A stretch of DNA of 64,000 nt, from contig CP089274.1 of assembly GCA_023920165.1 (NCBI GenBank), positions 3,596,001 through 3,660,000 on the forward strand. Direction: 5' to 3'. The notes under the pieces are model-generated. The model did not search any database. It was not told the origin of the DNA and saw only the letters and a list, made by a program, of their open reading frames with translations. This document shows positions 12,699 to 24,619 of this stretch, one piece after another (positions within the stretch are counted from its first letter, which is position 1; each line of letters opens with the position of its first letter). Source of the DNA: Curvularia clavata (taxonomy: Eukaryota). The position numbers and the translations under genes are program-made.

Positions 12699-14645
12699 AT
12701 GTCGGTAGCCATGTCTCGAGCCAGAAGCAGAAGCCGGGCGCCCAGCACCAGAGCGCCCCTAACAGCAGCACCGATTGTCGTGGATATACCACGAAGCGGT
12801 GCAAAGTCGCCCCTCATTGTCGATGTGCCCGTTACCCCTAGAGTTAGAAGTAGGAGCCGAGGTAGAGTTGAGCCAGCCGTGGATGCGCCTGGATTGAGTG
12901 GTGGTAGAGGAATGTTCAAGAGGCTTATTGTAGCTTGTGACGGCACGTGGCTAAACTCGGACGACGGAACCAAGAATGGCACGCTTTCAATTCCAAGCAA
13001 CATTACCCGGATTTCCAGGGCCATCAAAGCAGTCAGTCAGGATGGAATTCAGCAAATTGTAAACTACCAGCAAGGTCTTGGCACCGAGGGCGGAAAGATT
13101 TCTCGTTTTGTTGGAGGCGCCACGGGCAAAGGACTTGCAGAAGATGTTCGGGAGGCCTACTCTTTTCTTGCCAACAACTACCACCCTGGAGATGAGATTT
13201 TCCTACTTGGATTTTCTAGAGGCGCCTTCACTGCCCGTAGTATCGGTGGATTGATTGGAGAAATTGGTCTTCTTACCAAGAAGGGTCTGAATACTTTACC
13301 AGAAGTATATGAGGATGTCCAAAACCGACGAAATGAAGACTACCGGCCAAAGCATGAGGACATTCCATTTCCACGGAAACCAAGCGCAGGTGATCCACGA
13401 TACGCGGAAGAGCTGGAGCGTCGAGGTTTGACCAGACTGGATATTCCAATCAAGTGCATCGCCGTGTGGGATACAGTCGGAAGCCTCGGAATTCCCAGAA
13501 TTGGCATACTGCAACGTGCCGGTATACAGACGAAACAATCGAGAGCAACGACGTTTTATGACACCAAGCTTTCCAACTGCGTAGAAAATGCATTCCAAGC
13601 GCTGGCCCTGGACGAGAACCGATCGTCATTTGCACCAGCTATTTGGGAGAAGCCAGAGGGTAACCGCACAACGCTCCGCCAAGTATGGTTTCCAGGCGCG
13701 CATGCCAATGTAGGAGGTGGTTATGACGACATGCAGATTGCCAACATCAGCCTTGCATGGATGATGAGCCAGTTGGAGCCATTTTTGGACATGCGAGGTG
13801 AATACCTGTTCGAACAGGATGATCTCAACGAGAAGTACTATAAGAAAGAGGAGGGTGCCATCAGACCGTGGAGTTTTGGCAAAATCTACAGTGAGCTCAA
13901 GGGGGCTTTTGCGCTGGGTGGAAGTTCTGTAAGTTTGATTTCATCTCATATTATAAGTTTTGGGCTGACACAGATACAAAAGCTACGTAAGCCTGGCCAG
14001 TACACCGCAGTGGACCCGTATACGGGTCGCGCGACGGACCGCCCTCTGCGGCAAACGAATGAGTACATTCATCCGTCGGTCCGCACGCGGTTCCGCCTAG
14101 AAGGCCCTGGAGTACAGGACCGAGGTGTGTACGAAGCGCGGGCACTTACCGACAGCTACAAGCTCGTGGTAGACTACGGCAACAACTCCCGCGGCGACGC
14201 TGAAGTCTTCTGGAAAATCAAATGGAGAGACGCAAACGCCGTCAAGGTTCTCCCCGAAGCCCCCCTTTGGCGGCTAGAACGTGAACTCGCGCGCCGGGAT
14301 CCTGCCACATACGACTACATCAAGAAGCCGCCTGCGACGAGCTCGACCAAGAGCAAGCGGCGTGCGCCCCGGCCCATGTCAGCCGACTTTTCAAACTCCA
14401 AAGTAGGTGGATTGAACAGCCCTGTCTCGCCCCGCAAGAGTCGTAGAGATACGTTCTCGCCTCGATCGACATTCCCGGTTGACGACAAGCCCCCAGCAAG
14501 AAGAAGCAGTACGAAAATGGACCGCGCGAGGAGTCGCAGCAGGGCCAGGAGTGTGGAATTTGCAAGTGACCGGGAAACGGATATTAGGGAGAGTATGCCG
14601 CATCGTCGGGACAAGGACAAGGCGTGGTGGGAAGGGAAAAGGTGA
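12699..14645 (+). CDS. DUF2235 / Tle1-like alpha/beta hydrolase
   Basis: KRLIVACDGTW, nucleophile motif GFSRG, VWDTVGSLG, ALALDENR and QVWFPGAHANVGGG. Probable in-frame 54-nt intron 13929-13982. Confidence 0.88.
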   Translation: MSVAMSRARSRSRAPSTRAPLTAAPIVVDIPRSGAKSPLIVDVPVTPRVRSRSRGRVEPAVDAPGLSGGRGMFKRLIVACDGTWLNSDDGTKNGTLSIPSNITRISRAIKAVSQDGIQQIVNYQQGLGTEGGKISRFVGGATGKGLAEDVREAYSFLANNYHPGDEIFLLGFSRGAFTARSIGGLIGEIGLLTKKGLNTLPEVYEDVQNRRNEDYRPKHEDIPFPRKPSAGDPRYAEELERRGLTRLDIPIKCIAVWDTVGSLGIPRIGILQRAGIQTKQSRATTFYDTKLSNCVENAFQALALDENRSSFAPAIWEKPEGNRTTLRQVWFPGAHANVGGGYDDMQIANISLAWMMSQLEPFLDMRGEYLFEQDDLNEKYYKKEEGAIRPWSFGKIYSELKGAFALGGSSVSLISSHIISFGLTQIQKLRKPGQYTAVDPYTGRATDRPLRQTNEYIHPSVRTRFRLEGPGVQDRGVYEARALTDSYKLVVDYGNNSRGDAEVFWKIKWRDANAVKVLPEAPLWRLERELARRDPATYDYIKKPPATSSTKSKRRAPRPMSADFSNSKVGGLNSPVSPRKSRRDTFSPRSTFPVDDKPPARRSSTKMDRARSRSRARSVEFASDRETDIRESMPHRRDKDKAWWEGKR

Positions 14646-16067
14646 GTGAGGGATGGATCTATGAGATGGATATTTTCCGATGTCTGGGTTTTTTTTTTGT
14701 GCACGGGAAAAAGTGTGGGCCAAAGTTGCTCTAGCATTCTTCTTTTATATTCTGTATGTAGACGGGTTGGACATAAGCGGTATACCCTTTTAGATAATGA
14801 GATTTTAACATGTATATTTTTGTGGATAGCATAGCATGACAGACGGCTGAATGCTGAATAGGATGGTGAGAAAGCAAGTGATTAGTGAATTGAGGTCATC
14901 ATTTGATAGTAAAAACACATCTCATCTAAATACAGATGAGAGCTTGCCGTCATCTTTGTCCAACACTGAATTGGTGTGTCACACTAAGGAATACGAGCCA
15001 TGGGCTGAAGAGCTGTATTTGCACGACTTGGGGCTCTGGGCTTATCACGGACTTTTATCAGTCACGTTATCACTTCCACAACGGGGATCTTGGCGATTCG
15101 CTCTGCACCCATGGGGATCTTCTGAAGAAGAGAGGTGGTGATGTTAGGGGGTAAAAGGCGCGCGGGCCTGAAGGGAACTAAGCCCGATGTGCTCAGGGGA
15201 TCCCAGTCTTTCTCGTGACCAACGGTTTCAGCAGGTAAAGTGCTGCATTTACGAAAAAAAATAAGCCAGGCTGCCTATTGGAACACAGCATGGGGAGATG
15301 ACGATGTGATGAATGCGGGCTTGCTGAGAGGCTATGCGCAGGTCTAAATGGGCATCGTTGGGGTAACCCTAAAAATGCTTTTCGTGATGGGTGTGCTCTT
15401 GGACGAGCGCCACACAGACACTGTCGCTGCAAACGCTTTGCCCTGGGACGGCGTCGACGAGCACCATGTCGACGACAGCAATGCCAGGTTGATGTTTGTG
15501 CAGGCTTGGTCTCGAGATGCAATACGACAGCGCATGAGCGATGACCTCGGACCACGAATCTGTTGCGGAGCTAGAATGTTATATTTAGCGTGGCAGCCCA
15601 CGTTAGCGTAGCGTCGGCGCCCCCCCTTTGGTCCAATTCGCCTCCGCCGCCGCCGCGTGCTGATACCTTACTGCTGCTGGTGCAAAGACCATCCACGCCC
15701 GCCTCTCCTTTCACCAGCCTCGAATCTCTACCTTCTTTCTCTTCCTCTTTTCCCCCCCTCCCGCTCTCCCGCCCTCACCCTCGTTCTTCCCCCACGCGCG
15801 TCCTTGACACTAGCCTCCCGCTTGCAATCCTTCGCCAGAGTCGCTCGTTTTATCCGACGAAGGAGTTTGTACTGTGTGTCCTACGGCTTGCGTAATCTTG
15901 GGGTCGCGCTTGCATTCGCCCTCGTTATTTGACACTCCAACGCCCACCACATCCCGGCCTTCCTCGCCATTTCGCTCGCTCGATTCTTTACGCGAGCTCT
16001 TTCCGGCTTCCAAGCGTGAAGAAGCCGTGTAATAATCACCTGTAGCCTTTTGGACCATAATTTCATC

Positions 16068-17100
16068 ATGAGACCAGCTCGGATTCTCGCGGCCGTCGTG
16101 GCCATGTCGTCTGTTACGCATGCCATTTCGGATGCTTTTGACAACATCCACGGCATGGTTGCAGCAAAGGAGGCGCTTATGGGACGACAGAATGACAGTA
16201 TGTTCTAAGCCTGTGGATTCCAATGGTTCAGGACAGGGACACTAACGGAGGCGTGCTACAGACAACAACAATAACAACAACAATGACAACAACAAGTCAG
16301 ACACCCCGATAAGCACATCTGCTCCCAAGCCAACTGGTGACAACAACAACGACAACAACAACAATAATGACAATAACAACAACAACGACGATAACAAGAG
16401 TGGTGACAACAACAGCGACAAGACATCATCCCAAGCCAAGCAGACTGGTACACCCACGGGCAAGGAATCAGGCAGCAAGACAACCAAGAAGCCATCAAAG
16501 TCGACAAGCTTTGATCCCCGCCTGCCAGCCGGTGGCATCACCATGGTCACGCCCGACGCCCTTGCCGGATCACAATTCTACAAGGTCGGTGACTGGATAA
16601 CATTCGCTTGGAACTACACTTCTCTCTCGGTGACTCCCACCGCCATCGACGTCATGGCCTCTTGCACTGCCAACCAAGCCACCTACACCATTGCCGTCAA
16701 CATGTCTGCCTCGGAAACCAAGGTCCTCTGGAACACGGGAGAGACGCCACAGGGCCAGGCACCTTTCCTGACCGAGAACTACAAGCTCCTGATCTACGAC
16801 TCCAACCTGACTGCTACGGCTGCACCCCGCGCTGGTTACTTGGGTGCCTTCAGCGGGTTCACGTTTGGAATGTATTTGCCGCAGCCGTATACGTCGCTTC
16901 AGGGTGAGTGGTTTTTTGTCTTATTCTAGGCCGAAAGACAGGATGATGAAAGCTAACGAAAAATAGACGGATGGACCTGCCCCAACTGCAACTCTGCTCT
17001 CTCTCATCTCGAACGAATGACGCTTACAACCATGCTCTTCACCTGCGGAACCACAGTCGGCTCGCTGCTCTACTTTACCTACCAATTCGGCCTATGGTGA
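16068..17100 (+). CDS. Conserved-type fungal secreted/membrane-anchored protein with Asn/Asp-rich linker, 3 exons
   Basis: Signal peptide MRPARILAAVVAMSSVTHA, N/D tract, DPRLPAGGITMVTP...YKVGDWITFAWNYTSL domain, TCPNC and a hydrophobic C-terminus. Introns 16198-16261 and 16904-16966. Confidence 0.85.
16262..16420 (+). repeat. Coding (AAC/GAC)n trinucleotide-rich repeat
   Basis: Imperfect AAC runs encoding NNNNNNDNN. Confidence 0.85.
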
Positions 17101-18178
17101 TGAATCAAATGCGACTTCGACCTTGCTTCGACTCCATCCATCCCCCGACGACACTCACTTCCTAGAGACGCCCAAAACGCATTCCTTGGTCCCCCTCTCG
17201 GCTTACGATAACGGCATTTACCTTCCTTTTTCACGCCTGTCGATATTCATACATATGCAGTTGCCCTTATTCGCTCCTTTTAGAATTGGTTGTTGTTTCT
17301 TCGCGCAAAAAGAAAAAATGGGGGCAAAGGGGGTGTTCGAAACGGCCGGTCTTTTATCTGTCTCTCTCTCTCCCTCTCACTCACTCTTTGCCTGATCTGA
17401 TCGAAGTAGCCACACTCCTCATGGTTTTTGGTTGTTTGGTTTTTGCGGGTGAGCAGAAGGGGAAAGGGATTTTATCTAGCATTTGGCGCTGTCAGGCGTT
17501 TTTGTGACTTTGTTTGATTTTTGACATTTTTCTAGCAGATATGTAGGGCATGGACTTAGGCATGGAGAAGAAGAAGAAGGATGGAGGAAAGAGGTGAATT
17601 TGTGTTGTCTTGATCTCTCTCGGACTATATATATATCCATTATAGTGTAATATTTTTGCCTGTAAAAGGGACAGAAGAAAGTTGGGTGTTGTAGATGCCA
17701 GAGAATGAGCAGAGAGATGAAGAGAGTGAATGAATGCCCTGCTTGAGGCTAATTGTTTTTCAAATATTACGTTCGAAACAGTGACTGTGTACGTGAAGGG
17801 GGATTTGCTCTAAGTGTGTTCCTTCTATCTCTATCGCTTGGTCTCGATTGTAAGTATGATGACGTCTGTCAGCTTACGCTTGCATGCATGCAAGGTACCG
17901 TCATCCCATTCCATTCCATCAGCATTCAACCAATTAGAAGAAAAGGAACCCCTCAAGAATATCTATATGAGAAGAGATGCTGGATTAAGTAGAAAAACTG
18001 CAAATGGTATCTTCCCTATTCCTCCCATATTTTACCCTAAACCTGTCCAGGTAAACAGGTGTTTGCCATAAAATATTCGTAAAAAAGCAAACGAAGAAAA
18101 AAGTATAATAAAGGAGCAGTTGCATCCCAGAGGGTATAATGCTCGTGTACGACCGTTCACATATCCCGCTCAACACCA

Positions 18179-21100
18179 CTAACTACGGCTGGCGCCATTA
18201 GCAGGCCGAGTCCTCCACTCATCCTTCAACACCCACCTTCCCCTCTGCGCACTACCGCTCTTTTCCAGCGTCGCAATCAACTTGAGCATCTCTTTGAACT
18301 CTTCGTTGCGGCCCGGCTGCGCACGACAGTAGTGATCAAAGTGATCGACCAGCATGCGACTCGGGACAGCGCCGCCGTGGGTAAGCATAAAGTCGCGAAT
18401 CATTTCGAGCATGCGACGGCCGCGGAAGGTCTGTGGTGTTGTGGGAGCAGAAGCAGCATTAGTGGTAGTGCCGTCCGGTGTAGTGCTGGGCACAGGTCGA
18501 CCTTGACGTGCGGCCAGGTTGTTGAGGATAGAGGTTGAAGACGGTAGGCCGCCGCGGCCTCCGCCTCGACCACCGCGACCACCGCGTGCAGACAGCCCGC
18601 TTCGGGGTAGCTCAGGACGTCCTGCTTGGCCAAATTGTCCAGTCCATGTTGGTGTCCCTGCAGGAATGTTTCTCGCTTCCTCCATGCTTTTCTTCAGCTG
18701 CTCGGCTGCTATGGCGGCTTGTCGCTTGGCTTCGCGTTGAATGTAGGCGGGATCGGCTTGCACTTTGCGTCTGCGCCCGCCGGCGGTCGAGTTCATGATG
18801 GCGTCGTGCTCGAGGACTGAGTGGACGCCAGTCTTGGCGAAGATGGTGGACATGAGGCGGGAATCTGCTGGAGGCTTATTGTCGCCTGTACCATCCTCAT
18901 TTGTCGCGGAAATCTCCTCAGAGTCCGAGACAGGAGCTTTGAAAGCTTCAGAGCGCGATATACCTTTTACGGCTGCGAGATCCTCGGCCGCTGTAGCGTC
19001 CTCCTTCTCCGCTCCCGCCGTTTTGCCATCTTCTTCAAACTTGACTTCTGAGCCACGGAACAGGTTCCCAGTTTCTGTCTCTACATTCTCAGCACCCAGT
19101 GTGAACAAGTCATGCAGGTCACTCATTTGGAACGTCTGTCGCTGCTTGGGATCCTTCAGCACTTTGTTTGTTAAGAACTGCTTGAAGATCTGGCGATGGT
19201 AGATCTTTTCCTCAATAGTACCAGCAGACATGAGGCGGTAGATCTCGACTTCTCGCTTCTGCCCGAGACGCCACGATCGCTCACGCGCCTGGATGTCAGT
19301 CGATGGGTTCCAGTCTGGGTCGAAGATGATGACGCGGTTAGCACCCGTAAGATTGACGCCGAGGCCGCCAACTTTTGTGGTGAGCAAGAAGACATGGAGG
19401 TTAGGGTCCTTGTTGAACTCGTCCACCATATTCTGCCGATCCTTGATAGGCGTTTCGCCATCCATTCGCCGCCAGTTGATGTCCGGAAGCTGGCTGATGA
19501 ACTTTTGCAAAATATCGAGCATGATGCGATGCTGTGCGAATAGCAAAGTCTTGTGTCCACCCTTCTTCCACAGTGATAGTAGCTCCTTGACGACCTGCAT
19601 CTTTCCCGATTTGTTGGCATTACCATAGTCATACCCAGGCTTCTTCGATAAAGTTTTGTGCTCTGTGAGGTCGGGATGATTGCATATCTTGCGGAGATAA
19701 TCAACACCATAGAGCATCTGTCGCTTGCCACTAGCAATCGACTTCATATCTTCTGATGCTAGAAAAGACTCGTAAGCCTGTCGCTGCTGTCGTGTCAGCT
19801 TACAGAACAACACTTGTTCCTTCTTCTGTGGTAGGTCGGTCGCTACATCGGCCTTGAAGCGTTGGAGCAAGTATGGGCTGACTGCATCCTTTAAAGTCTC
19901 AGCGCATCGCACTGCGGTCTCAAACTCCAGGTTTGATGCATTTGCGTATCCACCACGTTTGATCGGAAACTCGAACTGGTTTCGAAAGTTGACAAGCGTA
20001 CCAAGCCGCATGGGAAACACAAAATCGAACAGTGACCACAGCTCCGTGAGGTTGTTCTGCATTGGCGTTCCCGAGAGGATGATGCGGTTTGGTGTGCGAA
20101 GTTCTTTGCAGTGAATCGTGATGGCAGTATTAGGATTCCGAATTTTGTGTCCCTCATCTAAGATGGCACATTCCCATTCGGTTGGAATCAAAAATTCAGC
20201 GTACGTCTGTAATCCTGAATAAGTTGTGACGAGCACGTGTCCATCGCGTTTGACCTTCTCGAGTATCTTTTTGGCAGCCTTGCCGGCGCCAGTCAGGGTT
20301 TTGTCGTAGTCACCGTAGTTCCGAAGCTCCATCTCTCGCTCTATGCGGTCTTCGCGTCGAGTATCTAGCATACCACTGCCCGATGTGTGTAGAATAGAAA
20401 CCCGCAGAGCCGGCCACCAGCGGTGGAATTCGTTTACCCACTGCTTCATCACGGTTGCTGGACATACCACGATGACAGGCTTGGTGAGCAGCTTCGAATA
20501 GTGCAGACCAGCAACGAAGCTGATAGCCTGTATTGTCTTTCCCAATCCCATTTCATCTCCGATGATACCGCCGACGTTCTGAGAGTATAACTCCCACAAC
20601 CATTGCACACCCGTCTTCTGGTAATCGAACAACGCTGGGTAGATGTCACCAGGAATTCGAAATCCGCCATCAAACTCGGTATCAGGTTCGGTCGGATGAG
20701 GCTGGTAACACTCTTCTTCTCCATCTTCATCTGTAGTTGTCTCATCGCTGTTTGCTTTGGCCTTCCTCCTTGCAGCCGCGCGACTCTTTGACCAAGACTC
20801 TACGCGCTTCCGGTAAACTCGCTCGTTGCCGTCGTCAACGCCTGCAAGATCCTCGACGGCTGATTCTTCAGCGGATGCAGATTTGGCCTTCTTCGAATTT
20901 TTGCCCTTGGCTTTGCGTTTGCGACCAGTGGTCTCCTCAGCATATGAATCATCTTCAGCCGTGCCTTCCAAGTCCTCGTCGGACTCATCGAGCGCCGCAA
21001 GCTGGCGATCCGTCATACCAGGCTCGAAGGCATCGTCAGAGTCCGCATCGGTGAAGCCATGGTCTGCGCCGGACTCACTAGCAGGAGTGGCCTTCCTTCG

Positions 21101-21853
21101 CTTCCTTGGTCTCGTTGGAGGACGCGGACTGGGAGCTTCTGAACTGGTCTCAACGTCCTCAAAGCCAGGCTTCATCAAATTGCGATGCGACACTGGCCCT
21201 TTGGCTGCCTCTACCACCATGTCCTCAACCTCGGCATCCAACATGACCTCCCCCAGGGTCCCTGAGCCCGGTTGATTCTGCGCCAACTTGGAAAACGGTG
21301 TGATTTTTCCTGTGCGAATGAGCCACTCGCGTTGAGTCTCATTGGGCAGAGGCCCATTTGAACCCTCTCCTGCTAGGTCATCGACGCCAGGTTCCTTGTG
21401 ACGATCGTTGATGCGTTGTTGTATGCCATCCATCTCCTTGTCCAAGTCGTCGATCTTCTGCCGATACGCCGCTATCTCGCCACGAAGTTTTGCTTTCTGT
21501 GTATCGAGGGCTGGCAGGGCCAGGCGGTTCTTGAGCTTCTGTATAGCAGCCTCCGCTCTCTTTGCTTCACCTTCCAGTTTTTCTATGCGCTTTTGATCCC
21601 GAGCATCGGCTTGCTCCATGAGCATCTGGTCTGCCTGCCGGCCAATATCCCGTTCCAAGTCATCCTGTGCTCGAGTGCCAGTTGTCAGAAATTTGAGCCT
21701 CGCCGCTTCGTCCATGTCCGAGGTTATGTCTTCGTCTGGAACCTGGATGGTGTCCTCTGCTGTTTCTTTGCGTGCTGTGTCGTCGCCTGAAGTGGCGGTA
21801 ATGGGAACGGCGGGCGCCATAGCTGACGCATCTTGTTCGGAGGGTGGCGACAT
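18179..21853 (-). CDS. RAD26: Transcription-coupled repair SNF2 ATPase Rad26/Rhp26/CSB
   Basis: Intronless 1224 aa. LFDYQKTGVQWLWELY, DEMGLGKT, LDEGHKIRNP, DWNPSTDIQARERSWRLGQ and a C-terminal GRWVLK. Confidence 0.96.
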   Translation of the reverse strand: MSPPSEQDASAMAPAVPITATSGDDTARKETAEDTIQVPDEDITSDMDEAARLKFLTTGTRAQDDLERDIGRQADQMLMEQADARDQKRIEKLEGEAKRAEAAIQKLKNRLALPALDTQKAKLRGEIAAYRQKIDDLDKEMDGIQQRINDRHKEPGVDDLAGEGSNGPLPNETQREWLIRTGKITPFSKLAQNQPGSGTLGEVMLDAEVEDMVVEAAKGPVSHRNLMKPGFEDVETSSEAPSPRPPTRPRKRRKATPASESGADHGFTDADSDDAFEPGMTDRQLAALDESDEDLEGTAEDDSYAEETTGRKRKAKGKNSKKAKSASAEESAVEDLAGVDDGNERVYRKRVESWSKSRAAARRKAKANSDETTTDEDGEEECYQPHPTEPDTEFDGGFRIPGDIYPALFDYQKTGVQWLWELYSQNVGGIIGDEMGLGKTIQAISFVAGLHYSKLLTKPVIVVCPATVMKQWVNEFHRWWPALRVSILHTSGSGMLDTRREDRIEREMELRNYGDYDKTLTGAGKAAKKILEKVKRDGHVLVTTYSGLQTYAEFLIPTEWECAILDEGHKIRNPNTAITIHCKELRTPNRIILSGTPMQNNLTELWSLFDFVFPMRLGTLVNFRNQFEFPIKRGGYANASNLEFETAVRCAETLKDAVSPYLLQRFKADVATDLPQKKEQVLFCKLTRQQRQAYESFLASEDMKSIASGKRQMLYGVDYLRKICNHPDLTEHKTLSKKPGYDYGNANKSGKMQVVKELLSLWKKGGHKTLLFAQHRIMLDILQKFISQLPDINWRRMDGETPIKDRQNMVDEFNKDPNLHVFLLTTKVGGLGVNLTGANRVIIFDPDWNPSTDIQARERSWRLGQKREVEIYRLMSAGTIEEKIYHRQIFKQFLTNKVLKDPKQRQTFQMSDLHDLFTLGAENVETETGNLFRGSEVKFEEDGKTAGAEKEDATAAEDLAAVKGISRSEAFKAPVSDSEEISATNEDGTGDNKPPADSRLMSTIFAKTGVHSVLEHDAIMNSTAGGRRRKVQADPAYIQREAKRQAAIAAEQLKKSMEEARNIPAGTPTWTGQFGQAGRPELPRSGLSARGGRGGRGGGRGGLPSSTSILNNLAARQGRPVPSTTPDGTTTNAASAPTTPQTFRGRRMLEMIRDFMLTHGGAVPSRMLVDHFDHYCRAQPGRNEEFKEMLKLIATLEKSGSAQRGRWVLKDEWRTRPANGASRS

Positions 21854-23226
21854 TTCGGGGGCGCACTTTCACACAAGGCACAGAGGCTCCAGCGGCTTAT
21901 CGAGGAGTTGGATGTGGGAAGGATGTGAAGGCTGAGTAGTGAAGTCCTCGTCAAACGCCACGGTTAGATTGATGGTAGGGCAGGTGTGCTCAAGGCAACC
22001 ACGGGGAGGGAATGAGGAAGTAAGTAAGCCAGAAAAGGCTATGGCATAGGCGGAGGCATCGCAGGAAGAAACTGAGGTTAAAATCAGTGTTCTAGATAAT
22101 CTTACAGCAGAGCGTGCTGCGCGATGGAGTTGTGAACATGACGAATACTTTTGCTTGTAGCGATGATATCACTTGACTTCGGGACGCGCTAGGCCGGCGA
22201 CCGCGGCTAATTCCCGCATTACCCTGGCCCTTCGACGCGTCTAGAAGCACTTGCAGGCGTTGGCTAGACTCGAATACAAGCATTGTCATCTTAGCCAAAC
22301 CCGAAGGTTCCACTGGCTGATTCTCAGCGTGCAAGTGGCACGCTTCCACCATCCCTTGCATGTGCGGCATGCCATGTGCGCGTCATGTTGTACAGAGCTC
22401 GGCGTAGAAGACCCCCGATAGGTTGTTGAATATATCAAATCAATATCGTGTATCCTCAGCCTTACATATGCATGCTGTAGCGATGGCGCCTACTTGAAAC
22501 AGGCCGGCTTGTTTGCCTTTCACACAGCGACTCCTATCCCCAGCTCCAACTGCAGCTCAGCGTCATCAGGTACACAGTAAGACGCAGGGATTCCCTATAA
22601 GAATTGGAGCCATCTGTACTTGTAACCGAGACCCATCGCACATGTGGTGGCGGGAAGTGTTGAGTCTCACACGTGGCCTAGGCTTCAATACTTCTATGAA
22701 CTCTTGACTATCCCAGCCACCATCGTCGCTTAGACAATGCTAACGTGGTGCGGTTGCGGGGAAGGGATGTATCTTCCAGGATCCTCGCTGTTCGTCCCGT
22801 TCCCAGCGCTCCTTTCATAGGGAATTCCGCCCGCGTGTGGTGGTTGAAACGGTTCAGGACTCCAGCGAAAGCGATAGCGACGGTGGTGACAATTGGCGCT
22901 AGATCGCTGAGCTAAGCCTACTATGGCAATCCCAGGTGAATACACAAGCTCTCAGGTGGTACCGAGCCGCTGTGTACCCGGTGCCGGTAAAACTACTTCT
23001 GAACGCTGACCATTGTGTTGAGATGCCGCCCGCGGCATTGTAGCGTTGGTGAATGCCGGCTTATACGCCATGTCATGTATACGGCTGACAATGAAGCGTT
23101 CCCCACGGACGTTGACAGGACCTTAGCCAGGATTTCACTTTGATGTTGAGATATGTAAAAGACTTATCCACAATCAACTTGTGTAGCTCTATGTTATAGT
23201 CGTCGCTGCATTCACACTACTTAGAT

Positions 23227-24619
23227 ATGGCTCCTCATGGACGGCTAGCTGTTGTACTGAGCTTCGCACTCACCCCTGCCTCGACTATAGTGGTGGCTCT
23301 AAGGCAAGTCCATTTCTAATGGGAGCAGCGACTCAAGCTATTCCAACAAGTTCCAAATCGACCTCCACCTTTTGTCTGACCATCTCAGGTTCTACACCAG
23401 GTACTTTATCGTTGGGAAGCTTGCTGCTTCCGATTGGATCATGCTCCTGGCAGTTGTCAGCTCACCCATTCCCCAGGTAGAGACCTAGACTGATAGTTTT
23501 ACAGATCGCCACATGGTACTGTGCACCTTCTCCAACTCGACCCGATACTCAAATTGACACGCATCTTCTGTTTGACAGGTCATCTGCAATAGAAACTTGG
23601 CATCAAATCCGATATATGGACAAAAGTGAAGCCCATGTGAGCCATCAGTGACGACCAGGCGGCTCAAGACTGACATGTCGAAGGTCAACGACCCGGAAAC
23701 GCATGCTGCATTTGTGGTCAAAGTACTGCTGTGGTTTTGGATAGGCCAACTGAACTGGGTTATTGACCTCTGTCTGATTAAGACATCAATTCTGCTCTGT
23801 ACGTCATTTCCTCTGTAGATTACACCTTGTAGGTTTCGAAGTTGAATATCCAACGTGCATCCAGCTAAGAAGTCAATAACAGTCTACAATGACATCTCTG
23901 CATCGCACAAACACTTCCGCTACAGCATCCGCGTTTTACTCGCTATCAATATCGTCGGTGGTGTTGCCATGGCTCTTGCCTCAATCTTTATGTGCTGTCC
24001 GGTTGCCGATGCCTGGGCGCTTCAAGTTGCGACAAAAGGTTTTACTGGTACACTAGGCGGGCATTGTTACAACCAAGTAGCTATGTGGCTCTTCAACGGA
24101 GGCTATAACCTTGTCACTGATGTGATCATCTGGTGTCTGCCCATGGTACTTTTCCTACATCTTGGTCAAATACCTCTAGGCCGGCGTCTTGGAATCATTT
24201 CCATCTTCTCCATGGGTATCGTGGCCGTTGTGGCGTCGGCTGTTCGACTTCGCTTCATGATGCTCTGGTCTTCTAGTTTGAGACAGCGAGACCTGAATGC
24301 GGCGAAAATCCTCTTATTGAATCAGGTGGAACAACATGCGGGTCTTATTGCAGGCTCGATACCGTTTTTGCGGCCGCTTGTTCGTCAAGTGCTGGGCAGG
24401 TTGAGGAGCAGAGAGCAGGCCAGCGAAACCCCAGAAGAGCATTTGGTTGGAGAATGTAAACCGAATGCCATTCCGAACGTGCTTCGAAGGCCCATCATTC
24501 CCTCCACAAGCTCGGGCGAGTCGAGCAGCCATGAGTTCAGACGGCCTGAGTGGGATCTGGAAGCGATTGAGCCTGTTCATTTGTATACGCATGGTTGGGA
24601 ATCGGGACCCGCCCCTTGA
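23227..24619 (+). CDS. PTH11-like rhodopsin-domain integral membrane protein, no CFEM domain, 6 exons
   Basis: VVALRFYTR, SDWIM, IKTSILLFY, TDVIIWCLP and GLIAGSIPFLRPL. Introns 23304-23388 (GC-AG), 23456-23504, 23516-23578, 23637-23683 and 23799-23882. Confidence 0.85.

Noticed and set aside
22235..22240. MCB-like ACGCGT upstream of RAD26
   Set aside because: A single hexamer is expected by chance.
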